From: Mizuhopecten yessoensis
Taxonomy: Eukaryota
Length of the DNA: 64,000 nucleotides
Assembly: GCF_002113885.1 (NCBI RefSeq)
Contig: NW_018408912.1
Location: 1 to 64,000 of the forward strand
Reading direction: 5' to 3'
Of this stretch, positions 25,670 to 38,865 are shown piece after piece; position 1 is the stretch's first letter; every line of letters starts with the position of its first letter. The notes under the pieces are model-generated. The model saw only the letters and a list, made by a program, of their open reading frames with translations, made no database searches and was not told the origin of the DNA. The position numbers and the translations under genes are program-made.

Positions 25670-26370
25670 ATAACTGGAATAATTAAGATTTTATCGTCAC
25701 CTATCAGCTTGACCGGACTAACCAGGTTTCCTGTCATCATAAACCAGCGTTACCTGGCGAACAAAAGTAAACGTAACTGGAATAATGAAACTTCTATCGT
25801 TACCTACCAACTTGACGGAATAACCAGATTTCCTGTCGTCACCAACCAGCGAACCCTGGCTAACAAATATCTTCTCACCATTAACAAGCTTGATCGAACT
25901 AATCAGGTTTCCTGTCGTTTCAAACCAGCGTAACCGGCCGACTAATGAGGTTTCTATAATCATAAAACAGCTTGACCGGACTAACTAGGTTTCATGCCAT
26001 CATCAACTAGCTTGGCTGTACTAACTAGGTTTTCTGTTATTACAAACTAGCGTGACCAGACTAACAAAGTTCCTATAATCATAAACCAGCTTGACCGGAC
26101 TAACAAGGTTTCATGTCATCACAAACCAGCGTTAACTGGCTAACAAAGATCCTATCATCATCAACTAGCTTGGCTGGACTAACTAGGTTTCCTGTCATCA
26201 CAAACCAGCGTAACCTGGCTAACAATGTTCTTATCATCATTAACCAACTTTACCGGGCTAACCATCACATACCAACGTAACCTTGTTAACAAAGTTTTTT
26301 TTATCACAAACTAGCTTGACCGGACTAACTAGGTTTTCTGTCATCACTAAATTGTAACCAGACTAACGAG
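25670..26370. repeat. Degenerate tandem repeat (~36-40 bp units)
   Basis: Recurring 'accagcttgaccggactaactaggtttcctgtcatca'. Confidence 0.8.
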
Positions 26371-27100
26371 GTTACATTGTATAACAGACGTTATAACAGA
26401 TAGGAACTAGGTTATTTTTAATCTTTTATAACCTTGCTGAAAATATACCTGTAAATTGACAACAACTTTTGTTAATCAAACTTTCTTACACAGAGCGTTA
26501 TTGTTAAAGTAAGGAAATGACTGACAGAAAACAATCTTATATTTTCTGTAAAATAGTTTAATGTTCAATTGGCATTGTAAATACATGAATTACGGTTTTG
26601 GAGAATATCATATATGATAAGCCAATTCCGACTTCATCAAAGCCATCCATTAGCAATAGTGTACTGTCGATATTTCCGCATATGTATCAATGTATGGATG
26701 CATTAATAAATGTTTTGTTTCACCAATAGGTTGCTATCCTGTAAACAACTGACAACAATAATGTTTTTCTTGTGATGAAATGAGACACGTTCAAGGTTAA
26801 TTACAGCTGTTTCAGCCGAAATTTGTTTTATAGACCAGTGCTGTAAAACAAAAGGAAGTAATGGCACTGCCGTTTCTGTCAATGTTATTGGGTTACTGGT
26901 ATTCTATAGAACTAACTAACCGCTACGTTAGCTATTAGGCTCACCACTGACGATACAGGAATGTCAAAGCAATTCATTGATTCACGGGAAAACAGTCAAT
27001 GAACATTGTCGTGTTCCATAGTTGAGTTAAAATTCCACAAGCGTAACTGATTGTCTATACATCAAGTAAACATAACGCGTATTGCTTTTCAAAATCGCAT

Positions 27101-28486
27101 TCACTCTGGTACATGTTCGACTTCCGCCAGAAGCTCACCTTTCTCATCATGAGTTCCGAGTAAAGGGGAGTTGACAGGACACGTCCTACCATCGTCAGAA
27201 GGCGCTTGTTTCTCACTTGAACGACTCTCATGTTCGTCCCATGTTGGTTTTATTTCAATTACGATTGAGTTGGCGTGATTGGCCGACTTCCTACTGTCCG
27301 CCCCGTTACCCGGGTTTGGCTGGTTGACGTCAATGACTGATTGTAAAACCCTGTTTTCGTACCCATATTTGGACGCCAAACTACTATCCTTGTCTACTGA
27401 CCTGTGCTCAGTGCTCTTCCCTTCTACTCCCCGCTGTTGCATCAGCTCCACATACTCCTTGTAGGCTTCTACAGATTTATAATCCCTGTCCATATATCCC
27501 TGGGTCGCATGTTTTCTCAGACGTATCGGAACTTTAGTTCCCCATTGCGCTGGTCTGTGTTTCAAGTTTTCGTGTTTCAATGGTCGTTCGAGTCGCCGGT
27601 TTTTTGTAGATGCAGATTCATACAGTCGTCCCATATCACTCGGCTGTCTGACGACTGTTGTAAGCTGCCCGGCATTTTCTTTCAGGAATTCAGTGCTTGC
27701 TTCTATTCTTCGGACTTCAAAGCAATTTTCACTTGCAACCGAGTCCATTGTGTTTTGTTTTTGAAGTCCTTTTATCTGTATTGATTCGACTCGCTTCCTT
27801 TCCGGCTGGGGTACTATCATCCTGTTAGACAGGACGACATCATTAACTTGTCGCTCCAATACCATGTTTTTTCTACTGCTGTCTAAAGGAATCTCGCCGA
27901 CCGTCCAAGGTCTGTCGGTCGTGATCCGAGGCAACGTACACACGTGGTATCGTAATTTGTCCTTGGATAAACAGTATGTATTTCGGTACATCCGGTCACG
28001 TGCATCTTTGGCACGTGCAATGTTTTCCTTCCATTGCTCCCAAGCATCCGGCTGACTACTTTTTCCATCGGTTGTCTTAGAATCTTTAAATGATCCGTCT
28101 GATAGCATAAATTTAATCGCTCTAGGGGACATTAAAGATGGCGCTTTGGACGAGTTTTGTGATCTATTGTTGGGTGTCCGCTTGCGTGGACTAAAGGAAG
28201 AAGACAATTGATCGTTCATGGGTCGAGGGATCCGTTTTTGGGTTATAACATCGAACCGGAAGCTGGTATCTCCACGATTATCTGATGCTGGTATATCCGT
28301 CAACAAAGGTGCGCGAACACCGACAGGGAACATGCGCCGTGAAATGTTTTCTATTATGTCTTTCTCTTGGCGGCGTTTGTTTATCGACGCTCTAGGTTCG
28401 AACCTCCTTGTTAGATTTTTCTCCGTCAAAAAGGAACCTAAACCACCTTTAGGCGGCGCAGGATTGTCTGCCATTTGAACAGACAT
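27101..28486 (-). CDS. Uncharacterised 461-aa protein, single coding exon, basic and likely disordered
   Basis: Long non-repetitive ORF with raised GC, caaaATG context and an in-frame TGA just upstream. A candidate 5'UTR acceptor (ctttcag) lies at 28739-28740. No domain recognised. Confidence 0.85.
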   Translation of the reverse strand: MSVQMADNPAPPKGGLGSFLTEKNLTRRFEPRASINKRRQEKDIIENISRRMFPVGVRAPLLTDIPASDNRGDTSFRFDVITQKRIPRPMNDQLSSSFSPRKRTPNNRSQNSSKAPSLMSPRAIKFMLSDGSFKDSKTTDGKSSQPDAWEQWKENIARAKDARDRMYRNTYCLSKDKLRYHVCTLPRITTDRPWTVGEIPLDSSRKNMVLERQVNDVVLSNRMIVPQPERKRVESIQIKGLQKQNTMDSVASENCFEVRRIEASTEFLKENAGQLTTVVRQPSDMGRLYESASTKNRRLERPLKHENLKHRPAQWGTKVPIRLRKHATQGYMDRDYKSVEAYKEYVELMQQRGVEGKSTEHRSVDKDSSLASKYGYENRVLQSVIDVNQPNPGNGADSRKSANHANSIVIEIKPTWDEHESRSSEKQAPSDDGRTCPVNSPLLGTHDEKGELLAEVEHVPE

Positions 28487-31400
28487 TTTGTTGATTCACA
28501 GTAACTCCGTCGCAGTTCTTATATGTAAATATATTTCTAGTTTTTGATCTCCTATTCGAAAATCGAAATTCATGGTACACAGGTCCTAATCATGTAGCAC
28601 ATATATCAACGGTTAAGGGATTGTCAGTAGTGGAATGTAGAACAACACAAGGATGGCCGGTTGTGACGTAGAATCTTAGCCCAGTGGTACTGGTAGAAGA
28701 GGAACACACACCTCCTCCTCATATATCAAACGTACGTCCTGAAAGTAGAAAGGTAATACACCGTTATATCTCATTTCGTTGGGTGCTCTGTTAATCAACA
28801 ACAGGCAAATCCGTAGTGAAAATCCTTACTAAACATATCCGATTATAACAACGCATTGTACCGGCATACAAATTCTTACCGGGTATTTAACGCAAGTGAA
28901 AAGATTCTATTAAATAAATACATCTACCTGAATTTAAATGTAAAAAGCCGATTTACACTGCAGTGCCGGGGTAAATAAACTCCCTATAAATACGTCTGGT
29001 GGAGCCACAGGTTGACGCCTTTGTTTGGCATGTGTACAGAGCGTACCCACTGTTAATGGCGCGGACTTGTTGATCATTTCAAATTAATTATAATTGAAGA
29101 AGTTCGATCATTTATAGGGTGTAATGTGCTAGGCGTATATTGTAAGGTTTGTCAGGTGTGCATTGTGTTGTGTGAGTAGTGGAGGAATATTATGACATCC
29201 AGGTATATTATATATCAACGCCGGTAGTACGGGGGTCAGCAGACTGAAGGAGACCTAGCGTAGTGTTAAACATCCCCTTTGACATCTTTGTAGCGAATCT
29301 AAGCCTGTCACAACTGAGTGAATGGAAAAGTATTCTGTGATAAAGTCTTATACTGTTTTATGGCCTTTGAAAGTACTGTGATTTCCCTTTGTAGACTATA
29401 AGCGGGTACATAACGGTATATATCCTAACAGATGTATTAGTCTGCTGAGTTCAGGTCATCTCGTTTATACTATCTTCGGTAACCCAAAAGGACTGTTTCT
29501 AATGTGAGCAATATCATATTAGTGTTAAATCAATGATATCTCTGCACGTATACATATATCAGAAAGTAAGAAATATGTGTAAATGTTTATATATCAATGA
29601 CAAGACAGTAATATATACTTATCAAATAACACAATTATAGCGACCATTATGCAGGCAAAACTCGTATATATAGAATTTTACATAAAAAGTACTTTATATG
29701 AGGTTAATGGAACAAGTCGGTATAAGACATTTAGTTTTTTGTTTGTTTGTAGATAGGTGACACTCCATCTTGATTGTTAATGACATGACTAGACACAATT
29801 ACACTATACAAGGATACGAAAGTGTGAATTTTCGCCATACAAATAGTAAATTTAACACAAATACACTATTTACCTTCGTCAAGCATAGTAAACTCATTGT
29901 CGTATACTGACTAATAGGATCACCTTAATATCAATAATATACAAACGTAGGATTGGTTTTAGATTACAGGTTGATTCACTAAAACATTATTACCTGTCTC
30001 AGCTTCTATATACTTAGTCATTTTCATTAAATCTTATCAATTAGATAAGCAAATACAAATCCGGATACTAAGTATAATTATACATACATGTATCTGTATA
30101 TAACAGACATAGAACGTTTTATATACATTCAGCACGTATACAAACATGGATCGACAACCCTAGATCCGCGCTCATTGAAACATCGTGTCGCTATTGACTG
30201 CACATCGTTTAAACCGTGTATCGGGATATAAAATGTATCAACAACCCAAAATACATTCAAATTAGTCAAAAACGTCAGGTTCAAACATGATGTCGGCGCG
30301 TAAAATATTCCCGTTAAAGTATTGAAAGGCGACTGTGATGAACTGGTTCTTTTTGTACATATAGAAAAAAATATACAATCTGCTATGCATCTTCAATCCT
30401 ACAAAGCATTTATGAATAATGAATGTGAAATATTTTAAATGTCTCTCAGGGAAAGAAAGAAATATCATTAAAAATACATAGACTGATTCAGACAACCCGC
30501 TATAGACAAGGTACTGCTATGGACATTTATATGCATAATATCTGGCATAACAACTAGACAATATCTGTCCAGGAGACAGACTGGAGACGCAATGTAAAAC
30601 GTTGTAAGTCTGACGCTTTTTTTTTTTATCTTATACCAGAAAATCCAACACCGAGTTTAGAAAAACAGCAAGATATATGACTTACCACCTGTGTGATATT
30701 ATCATACAGATCTTTCAGGACAAAAAGTGAAAATCTTACCATTAAATCCCAAACAGTAATTGTATACTTATATCAGTCTCACCTGACAGGTAACCCGCTA
30801 TCTCTGTAAGTCATGTGAAGTATTCCCTGTCAGACCCACACTCACATCTAAGGGCCGTCCACTTGAGGAACCCCTAACTCTTGGATAAACAATGTTAGTA
30901 ATACCCGCGTCAAGACAGCTCAAGCATCAGGTAGGCTTCTGTCACAAGTTGGAATATGTAAATGAACCTGAAGTGTTACCGGTGTACTTCCTCTTACAGA
31001 CGTACCGAGGTACCCAGCTACACATAAACAACCGTCATTTAAAGGTGTAATAATGAACGATAGATCCCGGTCCCGTACATGTCGTAGAAAAATACATTAT
31101 TAGTTTCACAGGTAACCTTCGGAGATTAACATCGAGACACCGTGTTGATAATTGTTGGTTTTGATCCTTAAGGGTAAATAGCTGTGGAATTGCTGTTCAC
31201 ATAAAACTGACGACAGATTTAGACACGAGCTTTCGTGACAAATATCGTAACTCAGTATTTTGTTTACCGCGGCCACAAAGACTTGTCTTTAAGACATGTT
31301 CAATGACTATGGTCTAATATTAATTGAAGTTTTAAATCTAAATTACCTACACGCTAAGTTGACGTGAGAAGTGGATAGCGGTATAACCCTAAAACTACAC

Positions 31401-34348
31401 TCATTACTCATGTCAACTTGTATCTTGATACAAGCGTTCCTGTGGAAAATGTGACCACACGTCAGACGGGACCAATGTAGTCATAAAGTTCACAAAAAGG
31501 GTCTATTGATTTTTTTGTGCGAATGAGCTACAAAGGAATCTGTAACATATTATCTCAAGCTGTAAAACAAACCTATGTCTCAGTCACAGTGAGGGATTTT
31601 TATAGGAAAATATTTCGTTTACCGTACATTTCCCGATAAAAGTTGAGCCGTACTAGCGAGGTACTGTCATCGAGGTTAGTAAACTGAGAGGTAAATCAAT
31701 GGTTACCAGGAACGACTGAGCTATACTACTAGCTACATACATTATAATTTACATAGGTATGGTGTTGATTTCTGACCAAATAAATAATATGTACATATTT
31801 ATTTTGTTATTATCCATGGTGAATTTCTTTTTGATTTTGTGTTTGGTGTCTTCTTGGTTTATTTTAATATGAGTGTCGATCATGCAGTTTCGCGGCTTTT
31901 TGGATGTTTATTTCCCCGTATGTTTTTGTATTTGTTGCTTTTCTTTTTTATTCATTTAGTTCAATAAGTTCTCTTAGAGAACAAAAAACGTCTGACTCTT
32001 TTAAACCCTTATTGTGTATTAGAAAAAGCGTCAGCCATGAATTTATGTTGGGACTTTGGAGCTTTTTGTTGAATACATACGGTAGATAAACAATCCAGAC
32101 AAAGCATTAAACATACAAGTCTGACTTTTAAAAACAAATTTTTAATTTATATTTGGTAGCTTATCCTTTACCACAACAACTAAACAGTAATTCAATACAA
32201 ATACAACATTGTGAGACCGCTAGGAGAGGTCCGGTAGCGTAAATGAACAAGTGCTTTTCAATCAAGAATGTCAATTTATATTGCTCGGTACACCAAATAA
32301 ACCTGGTCATTCCGTCATACCTAGTGGTCAGTTAACCAAACAAATGAAATCAACCTCATAGGGTGATTGAATAGTAAACAGTCACCCTTGAGCGTGCTTT
32401 CGAGAGATGTAGTGACCATTAGAACAAACCAAAATCGTTTTTCGAATTCGATATCAATGAAACTATATACAAAGTAATAATACAAACATCGAGAAAAATG
32501 GTGTTTTCGAAACTTCATATAACCAACCTCTACTGCTACTAAAATAAAATTGAAAACATGAAACTATGAAATATGCTATGGAATATTTAATGAAGTCAAG
32601 AATTAGTTCCAGCCCCATTCGTGCTACCCATTCCAACTAACTTGTATCTTGTAGCATGTCAAATATTAATTAGGAATTTATTTGATAAGATGAAATTAAA
32701 ATATTGACTAAAACATACACTTTCTTGATGTTTGATAACACACATTTGCTTGAAATCTCAAGCGTAAGATAGGAAATGAGATATAAACTGAGACTGTCCC
32801 GTGTTAGAAAACAAATAAGATATTAGTTGTGAATCTTAATAGTAGAAATATCTGATGAGTAATGAGCTATTCACGGAGAATCGCTTTCATAAATAATACA
32901 AAATACATATTAGCTTAAAATCTGTAAAGATAAAAGTAAGGATTTTACTGGGTAGAATATCTAGTGTACGATAGAAACTGTTTAGACAAACGATTATCCT
33001 TATTGGGGACCTACTTTCACTTTCACTTTTTACATATGTGATAAGCTGTTTTTTCTGCTCTTATAGAAAGTTGATGTTTTCATACTGTGGTAGTTTTTAC
33101 TGTTGTTAACTGCAGACTCATTAGTGCAAGGATTTTAAACAAATATAAGCTTAAAATATTTGATTAATTGTTTTCAATATACATGCCGAATGTCTTACAC
33201 ATGAATTTGAGAATATGCGATTTTGTTAATGAACTTCAATAAGTGTTAATAATTGTTGTTATTTTTGTGTATTAATAATGTCTAAAGCAGACTAATCGAT
33301 ATCACCTCAGTTATCATAATCAAAGAAAAAAAAAGAAAAAAAATAAGACCTGTAAAGCGTTATAAATGACATGGAGGACGATACAAAACAGGGGTTGTCT
33401 TATCTATTTTATTGTCAACAGTCAAACACAATATTGAAATATTCAACAATCAATCTTAATACTAGAAATTTGCAAGAACGTAATAAATTGAGAATAATAA
33501 AAAGGGAAATCGAAAACAATTCTTGTTTTGAATATGTATTTTCAACGTTGTGTATATGATATATTTCATATATCTAAAAGAACACCTCTACTCAACAGAC
33601 TGGTAGTAATCAACTTGCATGATTTAAGCTGTATGTGTTAGAAGGAGCAGCATCAATGTTAGAATCGCTATAAAGGCACTCCCTAGGCAATATATCATGG
33701 AATAAGCCTTCTGCAAGAACATCGTCCTATCAGCTTTATTTCCGGTATTATTTATAAACGTGACATCTACTAAGGAATGGGAATTTGTGAATGTCTGTTT
33801 CAAGGCCAGACATACATCAAATCGCAAGCCGTCATGAGAAATATATGGAAAGGGTCCTGAATATCGATACGGCTTAGGACTGAAGTATTTCACCTAACAA
33901 CGTGTCGCCTGCTCTAAAAGCGACTTTTAACATGTGCCAGACATTGAGACAAAGTTAAGACTCACTGGGAATTCAGCTTCAAGGTCTCACTACTTGGAAA
34001 TATGCACGCTATATTTCATCCACAACACAAAATGTGCTGTATCGGAAATAAATGAATCATTTTTCTTTCGTGACAACAAAGTTTTGACTGCGATGGCGTT
34101 TATCTTCTAGTTTCCATAGCATTGTTTTACTGTTTATGTCGTTTATTACCTTGTGTTCATAAGATGTATTCGTCCTGTATGAAGAAAACGGAGTTTATCC
34201 AGAGGCTGAGAATGTTCTGTGTGTATCAGTAGGAGTGCTTGATCATTTTTCTCTACGCTTTCCTACAGTGAAAATAACATATAATGATGAACAACAATAC
34301 ACCATGCCATCACCAAGGGTGAATGAAAAGTGTGATAAATTAGTTGAC

Positions 34349-34362
34349 GTTACTATGGTAAC
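34349..34362. promoter_or_regulatory. RFX X-box-like palindrome
   Basis: GTTACTATGGTAAC matches the X-box consensus GTNRC(C/T)ATRGYAAC. Function and target are unknown. Confidence 0.3.
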
Positions 34363-34924
34363 ATTGCGCAAAGTGATGACGTGATGATGACATTTTCAGA
34401 ATAATAGCGCGCATGACACGTTTTGTAGATAGGTCAAGGTAGCAAGCACCTGTAAAGTGTGTGAGAAATTAATATCTTACTGTTCACGACATCTACTTTT
34501 TGTGTTTATGACCTGTATTTTATACTTTTTGACGATTATCATCGGCTGTACATACGATTTATCTTGACCAATCGATGTTAGCTTTCTACTGTTATGAAGT
34601 TGACATTCTACCCCGTGTGATGCTTATCTATTATGTGTGACGTTATTTACCATTGGTATTACAATTTATTTTTTAGCGTTTGTAGCATTCATTTTGTTTC
34701 ATTCAAACTAAGTATATGTAAAACAATTACTAGTATGTAAGAAAACTGATTATATATCTTGACAACATTGAATGAATTCTGTTATCAACCATAAAGCATC
34801 ATTTATACTATTTTCTAATTCGCGTATTTGTTAACGGTTACGTTCATACGATTGCAGGGTCGTATGAAGCCCTCTAAGACAACTTTCAAGTTCCATCTTA
34901 TTGAAACGGTCAAACCTGGACACT

Positions 34925-35040
34925 CTAGAATGACACTCCTACCAGTCACGTTATTCTGATATTGGGCTAAATGGGTAAGGCTATATTCTTTCCCCGATCC
35001 TTTGCATGTTAAGCTAAGCAAAACAGAAACAACTTATAAT
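34925..35040. mobile_element. Possible SINE fragment
   Basis: 'ccagtcacgttattctgatattgggctaa...gctaagcaaaacagaaacaact' resembles bivalve SINE core sequence from memory; degenerate. Confidence 0.3.
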
Positions 35041-36629
35041 TCCCTCCCCTCAACAAACAATAAAAGACATCATTGGAACTCAATGTCTTTATGAAAAGAC
35101 AACAACAGAGGGACATCAAAACGAAAAGAAAAACATCGTAAACCATTAACCTGTAAAAAGGTAAAACAATGTTATCTACCACATGTGGTACACGTTATGT
35201 CGACAGTCAGATCCATTTAAGTAAGTAGAGGAGAGTATCTAGAAACATGATCAATGGCATGCCTGATTTGTAACTATTTTTCAGTAGGATGGGGTTTAAA
35301 CATTCTTACATCGTTGTGTTACATTGTAGTAAACTACGCAAATTCGTCAGACGTTATTTGCAGTATCTGACAAACGTTGACGTAACACACAGGTCTTTAT
35401 AGACGGAACAGTCGTACTGACACACTCATACGCTACTACGTCCAATTGCAACACATCAAAGAGATACACTAGAAGACAATGTAAACACCATCCTTGTAGC
35501 AAATACTGTAATAACAGAGGCACATTCTTACCTGAGGACGATTCCCACGTTCACACTGTGAGAAAATTTGCACACAGATGTTTAAAAATGTCTTGTCGCA
35601 TCCAAACAAAAATTGACAGTTACATCAGGCAATAAAGACCAACCTTAATGAGATCTGCTAAATAACGGCTGTTCCATTGTTCCATTTTCAGAAATGACGG
35701 AATAGGAAAGTCAATGATGAATTGCCGTATACCATATACTGTCCTCGGTAACTACTGAACTACACCATGCAAAATTAGGCCTATTTTACAGAGAAGACAT
35801 TATTTTAGAATCAATATGTCACATCGTAGGCCCGTCGTATCAAAACTGTTATCGCCAAGCTGGATGGTATTACGGTCATTTCTATAATTGATAAGCAGGT
35901 GCAAAACTTTTATGATGATTGTGTTTTATATGTAATTTTTCATTGTTTGACATTTTCAAGCATATTATATTAGCCTGATACACCAAACCTGGCCGCGGTT
36001 ACACAAGTAGTGTTTATCTGGTGTCTGATCGGGATATACAATCTAGTTGATACAGATCTTAACTTAGGAGTTATGTGTATAACACACTGGAGACAATGCA
36101 TTCAAATCTTACCTTATCTGTTTTAACATAAGACGTAACACCTAAATTACAATCCAGCGTACAGATGTTATACTGTCCTTAGATCCCCTCGGAGACATGT
36201 ATTTACACTGTGTGTGCACTCTTACTGGGAAGAAAACTGAACCCTCTATGGTATGCGGTTAATGGGGTGCCACCTGGTGCAGTCTTGTTAACATAAGCGT
36301 GAGATATGGAGCTGCATACTGCATGAAACGGAATAATTTATAATGCGCTGAGCAAGGTGACTATTTATATACTCTGATCGCTCAGAAGTTAGTAATCAAG
36401 GTCAAAAAGATCCCATACATGTTTAAAAAGTAAACACTCGATCGAATAACATGATTCGTTTCAGCATTTTAAATGTTTTATCTTTATAGAAGCGAATAAC
36501 GCACCTCCAGTTGATGTTACTTTGAAATGTCCAATGATAATATAATCATGTCCCTGAATAGAGAGGGGAGCGTAGTGGTAGATACAGTAAAAAAAATAAA
36601 CTGACAATAAAAGTAAATCACACAAAATA

Positions 36630-38460
36630 GTTGAAACTAACAATATAGGTCACTGACCACCCAGGATAACATGTAATAACAGTATAGGTCACCGACCACC
36701 CATGATAGTGGTAACAAAAAATGTAGGTCACTGACCACCCATGATAGTGGTAACAAAAAATGTAGGTCACTGACCACACATGATAGTGGTTACTAACAAT
36801 AAATGTCACTGACCACCCATGATAATATTAAGTAAGAGTATAGGTCACTGACCACACATGATAGTGGTAACAAATGATATAGGCCACTGACCACCCATGA
36901 TAGCGGTAACAAAAAATGTAGGTCACTGACCACACAGGATAGTGGTTACTAACAATAAATGTCACTGACCACCCATTATAATATTAAGTAAGAGTATAGG
37001 TCACTGACCACACAGGATAGTGGTAACAAACAATGTAGGTCACTTACCAACTATGATAATATAAAGTAACAGAATAGGTCACTGACCACCCAGGATAACA
37101 TGTAATAACAGTATAGGTCACCGACCACACAGGATAGTGGTAGCTTATAATAAATGTCACTGACCACCCATGATAATATTATGTAAGAGTATAGGTCACT
37201 GACCACCCATAAGAGTGGTAACTAATGATATAGGCCACTGACCACACAGGACAGTGGTAACTAACAAACAGGTCACTGGCCACATAGGATACTGGTAACA
37301 AACAATGTAGGTCACTGACCACACAGGATAATATTAAATAACAATATAGGTCACTGACCACACAGGATAGTGGTAACTAACAAAACAGGTAACTGGCAAC
37401 ATAGGATACTGGTTACAAACAATGTAGGTCACTGGCCTCACAGGATAGTGGTTATTAACAATACAGGTCACTGGCCACATAGGATACTTGTAGCAAACAA
37501 TACAGGTCACTGGCCACATAGGATACTGGTAACAAACAATGTAGGTCACTGGCCTCATAGGATAGTGGTAACTAACAAAACAAGTAACTGGCAACATAGG
37601 ATACTGGTAACAAACAATGTAGGTCACTGGCCTCACATGATAGTGGTAACTAACAATACAGGTCACTGGCCACATAGGATACTGGTTATTAACAATACAT
37701 GTCACTGATCACACTTGATACTGGTAACTAACAATACAGGTCACTGACCACCCAAGATCATATAAAGTAACAGTATAGGTCACTGACCACCCATGATAGT
37801 GGTAACTAACAATGTAGGTCACTGGCAACATAGTATACTGGTAACAAACAATGTAGGTCACTGGCCTCACAGGATAGTGGTAACTAACAAAACATGTCAC
37901 TGATCACACATGATACTGGTAACTGACAATAAAGGTCACTGACCACCCATGCCAATATAAAGTAACAGTATAGGTCCCTGACCACCCATGATAGTGGTAC
38001 CTAACAATGAGGTCACTGGTCACACAGAATACTGATAGCTAACAATATGGGTAACTGACCACACGGGATAGTCGTAACTAACAATGTAGGTCACTGGCCA
38101 CACAGGATAGTGGTAACTAACAATATAGGCCACTGACCACACAGAATACTGGTAGCTAACTGACCACACATGATACTGGAGGCTAACAATATAGGTAACT
38201 GACCACACAGGATAATATTAAATAACAATATAGGCCACTGACCACACAGGATAGTGGTAACTAACAATATAGGTAACTGACCACACAGGATAATATTGAA
38301 TAACAGTATAGGTCACCGACCACACAGGATAGAGGTTACTTACAATATAAGTCACTGACCACACAGGATACTAGTAACTAACAATAAAGGCTATTAAATA
38401 ACTCAGGGCAGAGGAAATTAACAATATAAGTCACTGACTGCACAGGTTACATAAACTTAC
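36630..38460. repeat. Degenerate 39-bp minisatellite, ~45 copies
   Basis: Consensus aacaatataggtcactgaccacacaggatagtggtaact. It explains the repetitive ORFs at 36.6-38.2 kb. Confidence 0.95.
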
Positions 38461-38732
38461 ACTATAGGTACTTTATCACACGATATGGGACAGCTGGGTT
38501 GCATTGATAACCAGCATTTGATTTCACGGAGCGTACAGCACTATCTACGTCTCGATTATTATCAGAGTGTGACTTCGGTATATTAAAATCACTTTCAACC
38601 TAAGTTACCGTCCTGATAATCTTCTTAACTAACAATACGCTTACATAATAAACAATATGACAGGCATATCGACAATGGCTTTATATGGGATTGGAAACTA
38701 CAGTCATAAGTACTGGTGAATGTACTCTCGTA

Positions 38733-38865
38733 AATATACAACATTTGATATAGCGCCCTATATAGCTAACATAAGCCACTTTAAAGCGCTTTACAGTACA
38801 TAGAAATACAATTTTATACAGTCAATACGATTAGCATATATATGAATCAATACAATATTGAAGAA
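38733..38865 (-). mobile_element. 3' tail of an L2/CR1-type LINE or derived SINE (copy A)
   Basis: Reverse complement of 43180-43318; carries the 'aaagcgcttt...gggcgctatat' tail motif. Confidence 0.65.

Noticed and set aside
33850-33895. Hairpin gtcct...aggac considered as a hammerhead ribozyme
   Set aside because: The CUGAnGA and GAAA core nucleotides are not present in the required arrangement.
36618-38208. Repetitive ORFs (WSVTYIV.. / GHWPHRI..)
   Set aside because: They come from the 39-bp minisatellite and are frequently broken by stops.
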